Positions 25,481 to 38,430 of a DNA stretch of 64,000 bases are shown here, piece by piece. The DNA lies in NCBI GenBank assembly GCA_030264375.1, contig JASCQW010000061.1, positions 72,808,412 to 72,872,411 on the forward strand, written 5' to 3'. Position numbers and translations under genes: made by a program. The notes under the pieces are model-generated. The model made no database searches. It was not told the DNA's origin and was given only the letters and a program-made list of their open reading frames with translations. The first letter of the stretch is position 1; each line of letters opens with the position of its first letter. Origin of the DNA: Carcharhinus longimanus (Eukaryota).

Positions 25481-26529
25481 TAAGCATTCCACTTGCTGGA
25501 TTAATCATTACATTCTAATTTCTTAAGATATTAGACAATTACATTGGCTACAATTCTATGGAGTGAATTTTACAGAAGAGCTGCACATTGTGAGTCATTG
25601 GGTTGCCCCACAGCAACAATATACTGCCGGCAGCCCAAGCTGAGGGTGCCCTCTTCCATTGCCCAGCATTTTATTAGTCCCAGCAGCACCAGCCCTCTGA
25701 GGTGCACTGCTGGGAGTGCATGCAACCCCAAGGGGAAGGAACAGATGGTGGACTGAATGATGAATCTAGGGTTATTTGTTAGGGATGATTAGGACCCAAG
25801 GAAGAAGCTGGGGTTGGTTTTCAGCTTTTGGGGACCGGGGAAGGCATAAAGTGGGTGTGCTGTCTTGGGGTGGTGCCCTAATGGGCACAGGGCCCTCCCG
25901 CAAGGAAGAAAGTCACCCCCCTTCAATTGGAAATGCCCTATTTCTTTCCTGTCTTTTAGCTTGAGTTGGTGAAAAAGTAGTCTGGGCTCCTTCATTCCAG
26001 TACCTCTAGCTGCAAATATTTTGGTTAGGGTCTCCTATTTACATATATATTTCAGCTCACCCATGCTTGCCACAGGATGATCTACTGTTGACTGTGGTGG
26101 GATTCAAGCCTGGAGCCCCAGCCATTGCTCTAGGTTTATGGTTTACCAGTTCAGTGACCTAGGCCACAGGGAGAAGATCAGCAAGTATTGTTGAGGAAGA
26201 GGTGGAAACAAGTCATTAATTGGCAACTAATTAGGCAGTTAATGGACCTGATAGGCCTAATAGGCCAGTTTTGGCTGATGCCTTACCCACTCACTGTATG
26301 GTGAGGTAACAACTCAGGGGTGGACTGGAGGGCAGTGGACTAGCCACTTATTCGATTGTACATGCCCCACCCCCACCTGCAAACACATGGTAGGGACCAT
26401 AACACCCAGCCCTACCAATCTATTACTTTCTTTATTCTGACTAGCAACCCATCTCCCAGTAGTTTTAATCTTAGCTTTTACTCTTAAATGAGGTGCTGAC
26501 CTTGGATCAGGGTGGTTAAGCATTTCTTG

Positions 26530-27620
26530 GAATTGTTTTACGTTCTGCAGTGAAAACTGTATCTTGCTTACTTTTCACAGACACTGATATCTGGATGTTG
26601 ATTGTGCAATAAGTTGTTTCATTAACTTTTATAGTCTTGAGAGAATTCTGAGCAGCTGTTTTCTGTGCTCCTCATCTTTTTTCACAATTTTAGATAGGTT
26701 TTTTTTACCTTTACCCCCCTAAGACATATTTAGAGATCCATAAGGGGTTATTTTACTAATCACAATTCTTGATTTTTGTTTGTTCTTCAATTAGGTTCCA
26801 TTCCTATTGGTTTATCGCTCAGTCTCCAGTGTCCCACAGTGGTTATCAAGGTTTTAAATTGGTTCCACTGCTCAATCTCTGTTTTCCTTGAGATGTAGCT
26901 GGAACTGTTCACTTATATGTGGATCTTTCAATCTGTTGATGTTATGTGGGAGTCAAGACACTTGAACTTGTTTCTATTTGTTATATTGGTCTTAACTATT
27001 AGCAGATTGTGGTCACTTCTAATGCTTGATCCTTTATGTGATCGGACGTCTTATAGAGATTTCCACCACTTAGCTCTGATACTCAATCCAATTTCTGGTT
27101 ATGCTTCCTGGAAAGCTCAGCATGGGTAATGGCTATATCTCTGTGTGCAAAATCGGTTCACCAATTATTAATTTCCAGCAGAAAGGAAGACTCTTACTAT
27201 TTTCACTTATCTTACCAATGTTGCATGCATCAGTTCTTTCTTCAAATGTCATGCATTTGGGTTAGGGTTTTCAATTCAGCTCTCCATTGACCATAAGTTT
27301 ATCAAGATTTTCTTTGTTGCAATATATAAATCATTGGCCAGCTTGTCATAAAAAATCTTGTTTCTCTTGCTCAAAACTATTACTTGGTGGAGCATAACAT
27401 TCTATTAATGCAAATTTTCCAATGGCTGGTGATGAATTCTAGTGTGGTAATTTGATAATTCAATGGATTCCACTCCCTTTTAATGCTTTTGCAGTTAATT
27501 GATTGAGAAGAATAGCTATGCACTGACCATGTCTATTTTCTGTTCTCTTCTAGTGTAATGCAATCTTATGGTAACTGTTCCAGTTCATTGATTCTTGCTT
27601 ATACCTTGGACGTCTCATCA
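26530..27620 (-). mobile_element. RTE-clade LINE, apurinic endonuclease remnant
   Basis: Minus-strand LIECYAPPS (about 27390-27410) and KWWKSL*DVRSHKGSSIRSDHNLL (about 27000-27075), the SDH motif of the APE domain; stops and frameshifts present. Confidence 0.7.
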
Positions 27621-27629
27621 GTCAGTATC

Positions 27630-28505
27630 CATATCCCTGAGGAGTTTGAGGAAAGTAAAACTAAAAACTGTAGATGATGCATTCAAAGTATTTCAAACGG
27701 GGAAGCTAAACTTTCTATAGACTCTGGAACAGTTCCTATGGATTGGAGGATAGCTGATGTAACCCCACTAGTTAAAACAGGAGGTAGAGAGAAACAGGGA
27801 ATTAAAGGCTACTCAGTCTGACGTCGATAGTGGGGAAAGTGCTCGAGTCCATTATAAAAGATAGCAGTGTAGTTGGAAAACAGTAGCAGAAACAGACAGA
27901 GACTGCACAGATTTGTGAAAGGAAAGTCACGCTTGACAAACTTACTGGAATTCTTCGCGGATGTAACTAGTGGAGTTAATGAGAGGGAGGCAGTGGATGT
28001 TGTTTATTTAGACTTCCAGACAAGTTTTTGACAAAGTCTCATATAAGAGATTAGTGTGTAAAATTAAAGGGCATGGGATTGGGGGTAGTGGATGGAAAAC
28101 TGGTTGGCAGACTTGGACAAGTTGAGTGAGTGGGCAAATGCATGGCAGATGAGGTACATGTGGATAAATGTGAGGTTATCCACTTTGGTAGTAAAAGCAG
28201 GAAGGCAGGTTATTATCTGGCTATAGATTGAGAGAGGCGAATGTATAAAGAGTGTCCTTGTACATCGATCACTGAAAGAAGCATATAGGTGCAGCAGGTG
28301 CTGAAGAAGACAAGTGGTGTTTTGGTCTTCATGATGAAAAGTTTGAAGTATAGGAGCAGGAGTGTCTTGCTCCAGTTATACAGAGCTTTGTTCTTGGACA
28401 GGAACAGGTTATTGCATTGGATGATCAGTAATGGTCATATTGAATGGTGGAGCAGGCTCGATAGGCTGAATGGCCTACTCCTGCTCCTGCTTTCTATGTT
28501 TCTAT
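27630..28505 (+). mobile_element. CR1 ORF2 remnant with internal deletions and 3' tail
   Basis: DWRIADVTPL, GKSRLTNLLEFF, VDVVYLDFQ and tail TTTCTATGTTTCTATG. Confidence 0.85.
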
Positions 28506-30099
28506 GTTTTAATGCTTTCTTCACCAGGAATAGAGTGTAGGTATATTCTTCTCCATATCTCAGAATTTATATTTCACACGAAGCTGCAGCTATTTGATTT
28601 TTCAGATACTGGCAATTTTTGCTTAGGAATATCCACCTGCTTAAGACCACATTCAAAATGTGGGGAGGGCAGCCTAAAATGTTCCATTAGGAATCAGAAT
28701 TTGGATTATTACAACTTGCGCTCTTATAATGTTGGCTAAATTCTTCATAACTGTGCTTTCTTGATTTGCGATTATTAAGGAGGGGGAAAGAAAATATAGA
28801 TTGGCATTTATATACTGTTTATATGCATTTTCTTGTAAAAAAATTAAGAAATTTATGGAATATCAGCACGCATATTCCTAAAGCTGAAAGTCTTACCTGA
28901 AATTATTTTGTGGTAGCAGCATTCTTATTTCATCAACTATGGGAAGGAGTTCTTAATGGAGCCTGCATGGGGCAGAAAATGAGGACTTAATTCAGCAGGA
29001 TATAAAATTTATATTTGCCATGAGGCAAATACCCTTTTGTTTTTGAAAAATATTATTTTTTTCACTTTTCAGCTAACAAGAAATTTTGCTATTTGAAATC
29101 AGTTAGAACAAACTACTTAAAAATGGAAGGTCAGCTTCCAAAGTGAAGGTGAAAGAACAAACATGACATTGTCAGAGGAGTATGACGAGAGAGACATTGG
29201 CCAAAGTTTCTTGGCCATTTCTAGTGTTGGGATCTTCCAGTGCAGCAGATAGTGACCCCCACCACAGGTTCCCTAGTGGCAAAGGGGGCGAACAACATGA
29301 AAACCCATTGACACTGTCAGGAGCAGAAGATCCTGTCACCAACCGATGGCGGGCCACCTCCACTGCTGTTTAAAAACAAATTATGAGGAGGAAATCCCAT
29401 CAATTTTCTATCATTCAGAGACCCAAATGAAACTCATCACTGTCCAAGGGAGAGACATTAAAGCACAAAGTGCTGGTAATTGAAACAATGGAGGTCACAG
29501 ATGGACCCACCCAAAACCTCTTGGAAATACACAATGGGTGAAGTGCAACAGGTCAGGTTTTAGCTCTTGCAGAGGGATTGCAAGAGAAACTTCAGCAGAT
29601 GAAGCAGGCTGAAAGCTCCTGCTTTCTCTCTCTTTTGGAACCAGTGTATTAATTAGTCCAGACGTCAGCAGAAATCTACCAGCAAACTGCAATCTCATAA
29701 TAATTGCAACATTTTCTACACCAGACCATATTCACTAAACCAACTGATCCACATTGGCTGCAACATTTTAAACTCTCTGCCTCAAGGACAATTGAAGGAC
29801 ACTTAATTATGTATTCTTTTAACCATTTTTTTTATTGGACTCTAACTCCCCTTACATCTGACACCTGTGTGAGTGTGACATTGAGCTTTCATTTTCTTGG
29901 GTTTAATGGAAATAAATTTGCTCTTTTCTTAATTCAAGAAAACCTTGTTTTATTGGCACCTTATTGCTCACTGCATAAATAGTTAAATACATTTAAATTA
30001 GGAAAAGACATATTCTCGTGAAAGAAAAACTTAAACTTTTGTTGTGACCAACTGAGGCAGTTGAATAGAGGGGAGCCAGTTCACTCTGTCTCACCTTGA

Positions 30100-31100
30100 C
30101 ACAACAACACAAAGAAGAAGAGCGCTTGCTGCCCTGCATCAGAGGCCTCCTGGTCGATAGCAGGCAACACCAGAGAGACATAAACATTGAGGGAAGGCAC
30201 TGGTGAAGACTGACATTTTCAGGTCAGGGCATCTGGATGACAAGAACAAACTACTTTCAAAAGGCACAGTGGTGATGTGGTGATGCCAGAAACATACCTT
30301 AGGAAATGGGCACCATGATATGTTGGATTGTTCATCTAGGCACACAGCTATAGAAAGTTGGTGGGAACCCCATGCCAGTGGTCCCCAGCAGCGAGCAATT
30401 TCTATGCCAGTGAGGTGGTGATAGATGTGGCATCTCGTAGGCTGCCATGGACATATACATAAAAGAGCTGACTGATGCCCTGTTTAATTAATAATTTTCT
30501 TGACTTCACCAATGAAGACAGCCAGCTGCAAGGTGAGCTGAGTTCAGTGCCATCTTTCAGTTTCCTCGAGTATAAGGTGACATCGACTGCATTCATGTGG
30601 CCATAAAATCTCCCCGGGAACAATCAACTGCATTGGTACATCATGAAGGTGTTCACTCTTTGAATGTATGACTGATGTGCAACCACAGGAGAAGAATAAT
30701 GCAGGTCTTTGCTTGTTTCCCAGGGAGTTAACAAGACTCATATATCTTGCGCAATTCATAGATCATGGAGCTTATTGAAGCCCCAGCCCAGGGTGGTGGA
30801 TGAGGAGTATCCCCTGTGGATGTGACTGATGATGTCAGTGAGGCAGTGTCAGACCAAGGCATTGGAACACTGCAGTCAAGCTCATGTGTCCACCAGAGAC
30901 ATCATTGAGCACAGTTTGGCTGCTTAATATGCATTTCCATTGCCTTGACCAGTCTGGAATAGTAGGAAGGAATAGTAGCACTCTGCTGTGCACAGCACAA
31001 CCTGGTGCTGTTAAGCAGACAAGGCTTATAAAGGGAAGAGCAGAGGTACAGCAGAGTTTCTCAGATAATTAGGATTTGTTAGAGCAGGAAATCCAAATGA
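30100..31100 (+). pseudogene. Harbinger DDE transposase (HARBI1-like), inactivated
   Basis: About 30560-30760 reads FPRV*GDIDCIHVAIKSP...GVHSLNV*LMCNH...ACFPGS*QDSYILRNS, matching GAIDCTHV, KGFHSLNVQ and PGSxHD. Confidence 0.85.
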
Positions 31101-31849
31101 GCCTGTTCTGGATGCCGGGTCATGGAGAGATATACAATGGACAACCTGATTTACAAAGGTTCATACAAAAAATATCACATCTGCATCACTCCCATTGCCT
31201 GACCTCCATCACCTTCCTGGGGTGCAGACCTAGCCCTGCCAACTTCCCTTGCTGAACAAACTATGAACCTAGAATTGAATGGGGAATGAAGCTGTGTGAC
31301 ACATACTTGCTAGTAAGTTTTCGTACTAAAGACATCTTAAAGGTATGTGGACAGCCATGTAACAAACTACCTTGCCCCATTGTTCTGATCCAGCATCATC
31401 TTCGAAGTGCTTTGATTGCAACTGCACTTGTCTCACTTATACCCTCTGAGAGTGAGTTGGGGCAATATTCTCGAAAATGCACAGGTGAGGAAATCACCTA
31501 TTTTCAGTCATATTCCACAGAATGATTATCACAGAATTGGCCATTCACATGAACATTCAGTCCAAAACGCACAAAAACACAACACATCTCATTCAGGAAT
31601 AGTTGTTTGTGTCTCTATCTCCCCTCTAGCCATCACACTGCCAGGAGCATGGGCCAGGCCATGACTGCTTTATCTGATACTATGAAACAACCCAAAACTT
31701 CTCAATAATTATAAATCATTACAGGAAATAAATTATTTTGTGCATATTTTAATAAGTGAGACAGACATGAAAAAAATCATCAGTGCTATCTTATGGATCA
31801 TGTTTTATGCAATTTTCATTTCCATCACTATGTTTTAACAACACCAACA

Positions 31850-32790
31850 TAAGGAGGGAGGGGGGAGGCAGTCTGCTCAGTGTCATAGTGGACTGTGGTG
31901 GACATCCCCTGGGGGCTTGCAGCCTTGAGGACTCCAGCATACCATCCCCCTAGACCTTTGCTGCTGGAGGTTTTCAGATTAAAGAGACACTGTTAACCTT
32001 GGAGGTATCCTGACAGGAAAGCCCTATGACAGCTGGCATGCATTCCTTCTCCATGTGGGTGTACAAGGATACCTCCTCCCTTGCTCCTTGAGGAGAGGAC
32101 AAGGGTCTTTGTCCCTCTGGCCAAGCTGCTGCTGCACTGAACCCATGGCTAGAGTAATGGAATGCATGTCTTGTGGATCAAATGCTCGACCAATCTCCAC
32201 TGATCTGCCTTGATCTCCTTGGCAGCTGTGAGGAACTTCAGGTCAGGAACTCCTCCTGAGCATCTCCTCTCCCTGGCATTGCAAGGCTACTTGTCCCTTC
32301 TGACAAAGTTCAAAGTTAGTGATATGTCAAATGGCACCTAACCACTTGTCTGCACACATCTCCATCACACATATAGTCCAGTTATTCGCATGTTGCATCC
32401 TGCAAATGCACACAAAAGACAAACATCCCTACACTTAATTGCCATGTGGCACTAACGTTGATCACACATCTACTCTTCTGGCATCGCTCCTCAGTCACAC
32501 ATATACATTATTGATGATCGTACAAGAGATTCTTGTTGAAGATGCAACATTAGCCCTTGCAGATTGGGGCTGGTTATTGATCCATTTCCTGCCAGGGCCA
32601 GGGTTAGTCTTGTTTCTCCTCTGAAGCCTATTTCCTCTGCCACCTCCATTTAGGTTGCTGTGGTCTGCTGGGCCTGCCTTCTGATGCCATCTTCAGAAAA
32701 TCGCACTTCCCACTTTTCTCTGGCTGACAGAACATGGAGGGAGGCATTGCTGGACCGAGGACTGGTTTGGTTTAATGGTTCATACATTTC
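31850..32790 (-). pseudogene. Harbinger Myb/SANT-like DNA-binding gene (NAIF1/MSANTD-like), inactivated
   Basis: SPRSSNASLHVL...WEVRFSEDG.RRQAQQTTAT*MEVAEEI matches APRFSDxxLExL...AWxEVA. Confidence 0.65.
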
Positions 32791-33659
32791 TTCAAATAAT
32801 ATGGCACTCTCAGGCAGTGGAATGTCGTGGCCACGATGCACACCCTTTTTGTTTGAACAGGAGACTTTTTAATAGGCCACCTACAGATAAAGCATTGTCT
32901 GATGACAGCAGCTTTCACCAAAAAAAACCTTTCTCACTGTTAAATTACATATGTTTCGCCTGCATGCCCTGCCATTTAGAATTTTAATTATAATTGTATA
33001 GGAAAGGACAAAAAGGCAGAAGTGGCGCATAGTTCCAGTACAATGCCTTTTTGTCCTTCCCTTGGAAAATTACTGGCATAGATTGCCTATACCAGCAAGT
33101 GGCATTTTAGCAATCTAACATCTACATCATATTAATTATAACAAAATCTTTAGTCAGTTATATGAAAGAGAAAGTAAACATCTGATAGAGATGGAAGGAT
33201 AAAAGAACCATAAAATATATGGGAGTAGAATGTGGGAGACTTGTACTTGTACTTGTGCCAATTGTACACATGGCCAGAATATGTGCCAAGTCGTTTGTTG
33301 AGATAAAGCAAGTAATGATGGCAAATTCAAGAGTTCAGAAATTAATTGAAAATAGAAGAAAGGTTGTAAACCTGATCCAACTCCTTTAAATGGGGAGGGC
33401 ATCCAAGTGGGACATACTCATATATTCTAATTTTATATCTGTTTATCCATCAACTTGAGATATACCATAAGAGCCAACTGAGGAGGAAGACCCTGATCTC
33501 TATATACTTGTTGGTCTCCAGGATGAGAATATTGAGGGTTTCATTATTCTGTTTTCATCTAAGAATACTCTGATTTAGCCTGCTGGAACCGCCTCCATCT
33601 CAATAGCTATATTCCCTGCCTTATGGTTTACTGCAGCAGCGATCCAACACTCCTGTATT

Positions 33660-34026
33660 TATTATTATTAATTCATGGTACATGAGCGTCTCTGGCTGGC
33701 CAGCATTTATTGCCCATCCCTAGCTGCCCTTGTTCAGAGGGCAGTTGAGAGTCAACTACATTGCTGTGGCTCTGAAGTCACGTGTAGGTCAGACCAGGTA
33801 AGGATGGCAGATTTCCTTCCTTAAAGGACATTAGTGAACCTGATGGGCTTTTTCAATAAGCAACAATGGTTTCATGGTCATCAGTAGATTCTTAGTTTTG
33901 GATGTTTTTTACTGAATTCAAATTCTACCATCTGCTATGGCGAGATTCGAAACCATGTCTCCATGACATTAGCTGAGTTTTCTGGATTAATAATCTAGCA
34001 ATAATACCACTAGGCCAACACCTCCT
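33660..34026 (-). mobile_element. tRNA-derived SINE (third family), full length
   Basis: Reverse head TGGCCTAGTGG (A box) and GTTTCGAATCT (B box); tail GGGATGGGCAATAAATGCTGGCC shared with the LINE end at about 51950. Partial copy at about 54330-54640. Confidence 0.8.
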
Positions 34027-34269
34027 CACATGTATGTATGCTTTGGAGAGTTAGGCAATGCACAGCAGACACCTCAAAGCAATTGTGAAGTACCACTAGC
34101 AATGCCTCCGCAGGATCCTCCAGATTAGGTACCAAGAAAGGTGGTCCAAAACCAATGTCTTCTCCCAAGTCAACATGCCCAGCATCAAGGTGCTAAACTC
34201 TCAGAATCAGTCAACCTGACATTTATATGGCTGATACCAGACTTCTGAAATAACTGTTTTCAATACAGA

Positions 34270-36728
34270 AATTTTTAAAAACACTTTTAATATATATAAA
34301 AAAAAATTCACTGGAAGTAATTTTGTGGCAGGTATTGTTAAAAAAAAGTTTCAGAACAGTTTTCACATTTGGAAAGGGTGACTTGCAAACCATCAAGTAC
34401 AAATCTACACAAATTTTGATTGATGAAATAAATGTTTAATTTCATCTTGAAATAGATATGTGTCTAGAATTCACTTAATTTCTTACCTTAGTAGCTTTTA
34501 GTGTTCTCATCCAAACTTCTCTCAAGAAGCTTGCAAAATAAATCAACAGTTTTCTGAAGAGATTCACTTCCTCTCTGCAATTGCACTATTATTGAGTCAC
34601 AAATAAGATTGATTTCCTCAATGGTGACCTTTTCCCCTTTTAAAATGATTTCATTGTTTCATCGAAAAACAACTCGCTGCATCTTGTATGCTTGTAAGAG
34701 GGGCCTATATTTTTGTTAGCTAGGCTCTGCTTCCCACTGAGTTAAAGTTATTTTGAACTTCTGTGACAAACCTTTAACTGAGGGTAGCATAGTGGCGCAG
34801 GGTTAGCACTGCTGCCTCACATGCCAGGGACCCAGGTTCGATTCCCAGTTTGGGTCACTGTCTGTGTGGAGTCTGCCCATTCTCCCCATGTCAGTGTGGA
34901 TTTCCTCCGGGTGCTCTTGTTTCCTCCCATGGTCTAAAAGACATACTAGTTAGGTACATTGGCCATGGTAAATTCTCCCTCAATGTACCCAAACAGGTGT
35001 CGGAGAGTGACAGTAACTTCATTGCAGTGTTAATTTAAGCCTACTTGTGACACTCATAAATAAACTTGCAAACAATTGTGTATCATTCAATAAAGTTGTA
35101 TCAACATTTTGCAGTGGTTTGCTGGTGGCATTAATTCCTAGAAGTAAATAGTTCAATGAAACAATAAAAAAAGCAATTTCACACTTCTTAAACTTCTCTG
35201 CTTTCAGCTTTCACGCGTTGTTTTTTTCTGAATTTGATGCAGCCATGCCTGATAAAGTTTCCTTTATATCTACAAAGTTCATTTTCAAAGCAGAAACAGC
35301 ATCTGACCACCTGGCACCACAACTTCTTTTGACCATCAAATATTTTCCATTTGTCTGCTCCAGCATGATTGCAATATATTCCTCTGATATGGGGAAACTG
35401 AGAAAAAGGCATACACATTTTGAGCAGAGTCATAAAAATGTACAGCTTACTCACAGGATTCAGCGTTGTAAGTTCAAGGAGTGACTGGAACATAGGATGA
35501 ATAATGCAGAATGGTTTGTTTTCTTCAGTCTTGCTTGTAGATATGAATATTTTCCTACCATATTTGCAGCATCATCGAAGCTCTAACCACAACAATTTTT
35601 GGTATCCAAATCTAAATTTGCAATGATTACAAACAGTTGTCAACAGACGTTCGGAAGGGTGGAATTGTAACTGGACAAAACAAATAAATCACTTTCCAAC
35701 TTCACCATAGCTGGTCATGTGTCTTAAAATTAATGTTAATTGATCCGCATGACTCACATCAAGTGTTGAATCAACTATTACAGTATCACATTTGGCACCT
35801 TTTACTTCATTTGTGAATTGGTTTCTGAGTCACTCTGCCAATGTAGTAATGGAGTCATTGTAGGTTCTGTACATTAAAAAATTGGTCTTCCCTGAACCAC
35901 AATATTGGTAACTTTCCAAATGATCTTTGAGAAGCTCATCAAATTCACTGAGCTATTCAAGGCAGGTTAAAAAAATACCTTTATGAGATGATGCGGCTGA
36001 TTCATCATGTCCTCTTAGAGATAATCCCCAAGAAGACAGGAGTTTGACTGTGGCAGCAACACGTCTTAGCACTTTGCGCCAATAACACTTCTTTTTAAAC
36101 TGAGCTGATAACACAGAATCAATTCCTCCATATGATTTACATCTTTGAATGAACACATACAATCTCGTTAATATGAGCTTTGGAGGTTTCATGACCAGCA
36201 ATATCTCTTGCAGCATTTCACCCCTTAGAGTACCCATCGATGAATGTTTGTTTTATTTACGAGGGACAGGGAATAATTTTAAAAACACAACAGTAGGCTG
36301 CCTGCGAGGCTCTGAAAAAAATCAACCAATTTCTAATTGTCCCTGTTCCCCTTGATGAGGGCTTGCTTTGGAGTCCTGACCAGCTGGCTGGCTCATCAAC
36401 TCCCTTGTGGCTTGTTTCACCAATTCGCAAAAAAGTTAGTTAAGTAAATGCAGGAGATCTTCACCTTGACTGCTGCCTCCCTCCCTCCGAGTTACGTCAA
36501 CGTTCACTAGTGTTTTCCTGCTCTAAGGAGACTCATCCAATCAGAATCTGATCTTGCTCTGCATTGCTGCTGATAGGCTCAACAAATACAAATGAACCTA
36601 TTAGTAAATGAAGAGTTATCAGTCTCTGATTGGTGCCCGCAGACACCGCCTGGCATGGAGCTCCCCCATTGGTACGGAGGGGGGCCCTATATCTAGGCAC
36701 AGAGTGTTTCATTGTAAGCTCACCTCTG
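34270..36728 (-). mobile_element. hAT transposon with a ZMYM1/DUF4371-type transposase pseudogene
   Basis: GLSLRGHDES...GIFLTCLE (about 35955-36030), VIVDSTLDVSHADQLTLILRH (about 35720-35780), CG*SFDDAANMVG (about 35555-35595), CSSHSLNL and hATC FPNVKTVLKL (about 34345-34377). A GC-rich hAT-like terminus CAGAGGTGAGCTTAC ends at 36728. Confidence 0.85.
34781..35064 (+). mobile_element. V-SINE variant, full length, nested in the hAT transposase
   Basis: Head with GGTTCGATTCC B box, V-domain and tail CTACTTGTGACACTCATAAATAAA. Confidence 0.85.
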
Positions 36729-38430
36729 TGTGGGTCCCAGTGTCTAACTAATGTAGTGACTCAGGATTTACAGGATTCAGTGGCCACCTTCGCACCAGTC
36801 ATCCAGCTGGTGCCTGAAGCCAGAGCCAGGACCAATTGAGAGGGTGGCAATTGCAATACAAGAATTCAATACGGCTGGTTATCAGTTCAATAGCTCTTGT
36901 CAGGGACTTCATCCTCAGACAACTCCATCAGTGTCGTGTGGCAGACAAGATTAGGCTGCAAAAGAAATTCCTCAAGGAGTTCCTCAAATTCCTCAGCTGC
37001 CTGCCAGGAGTCAACTGTTATGTGGCAGGAGACACTTCAGCACCAAGATCCTTCAGTTTTGAGCTCATCATTTTTCACCTTGCTGAAATGGAGAAAACTG
37101 TAAGGTATAGTGGTAGAATATATAGTGGTAGAATATTATCTGCAAATCACCAGGGGCTATGCAGTGTCTCAAAAAAGAATAGTTTGACTCGTTCCATCTG
37201 CTGAATGATCATGTCTCGTACAAAGTGCATTTTGCTTGTTCCTATTCTTGGAGGCTGTTTTCTTCACACTGCCAGCATGACCATTGATTGCGCACCTTTT
37301 TCTGTTCTGACTTACTGAATAAAGTTTTTGTTTTGGGCTGTTTTTGTATTAAGGCTCATGTCCACTAAATACACTTTTATGGGACTGTTTTTTATCTGAC
37401 TGCTAACGTAAACAGTCTGACAGTGCACGCACACTGCTCTGAGTCATTGGGACAGACATGTTAGTCTTTGGACAGTACTTTACTAAGGTTCAATGTGCAC
37501 TGATAAAATGGAAAATGTTTATAAGGTTTAATGAATATTGCTTGGGTGTGCATACATTCTGCTCTGTTCTCACAAATGTGGTTCTGTGGAGAATGCCCTG
37601 GATCTTGTAATTGAAAGTTTCCTTATTGTGCATCTTTTCATGAACGGAAGCTTATTTAAGTTTCAGTTATTGTTGGATTCAAGTTGGAATTCCATTTTTT
37701 ATTCTTTAGTTTGTTAATCATTGAAATTATATAGTGCATGAGAGGAGAAAAACGTACAATCTTTGTATAGGCTGTGTGTAGTGAAGAAAATATCAATTTC
37801 TCCACGTTTTCTTATTTTTTAATCTTCCTTCTCTTGTGTCCCTTTGTTTTTGATTTTGACTAGATCAACTCTCAGAGTAGGAATTTACTCACCACTACTG
37901 TATTGACTGTTACTAGTCTTCCTTAACTTGCCGGTGTTATACATTGCCGTGAACCAAGCCTACTGTCCTCATTGCATCTTCATGATGGCCTCAGTTTCAA
38001 TCAGTTTGTCTCTGTGGAATAGTGCCTGTCCAGTAGCTAAAAAAGCCAAAGCAGCCATTTTGTGCCTGTAGTGCTGTGGCTCTTGTGATATCTAAGGCTG
38101 CTGGTTGTTCCGGGTGCCATGTATTATAGATATTAGAGAATCTTCAGCCTAGATGCTACAGTTTCTAAGCTGGAAGTGAAATACCCAGCTCTGTGGCCAC
38201 AAAAGGACTGTTGCCTAAATCCTTGCTCATTCGATTGACAGACACAACACCATTATTTTTGAATCAAAACACTTCTTTATTAAACAAGATATAAAATCCC
38301 AATTCTTATCACTACTATAGCCTGTTTAAAACACACAAATGATTCCACCTTTCTTTGTTACCACTACAAATTCCTCAGTGTAGGTTTAAACAAATTATAC
38401 TTATCTATTGATTTCTAGTGAAGTTGTGGA

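Larger units (their letters stand above)
29471..33078. mobile_element. Decayed two-gene Harbinger (PIF) DNA transposon
   Basis: Convergent transposase and Myb/SANT-like remnants; weak terminal inverted repeat TGCTGGTAATT (29471-29481) / AATTACTGGCA (33068-33078). Confidence 0.65.

Noticed and set aside
27255-27290. Retroviral RNase H motif (RAELKTLTQ on the minus strand)
   Set aside because: Context is an RTE endonuclease (GDxNAK region); the resemblance is an off-frame coincidence.
36887-37082. Selenoprotein exon (in-frame TGA after Cys)
   Set aside because: No SECIS seen and no known selenoprotein similarity; a nonsense mutation in a retroelement remnant is simpler.
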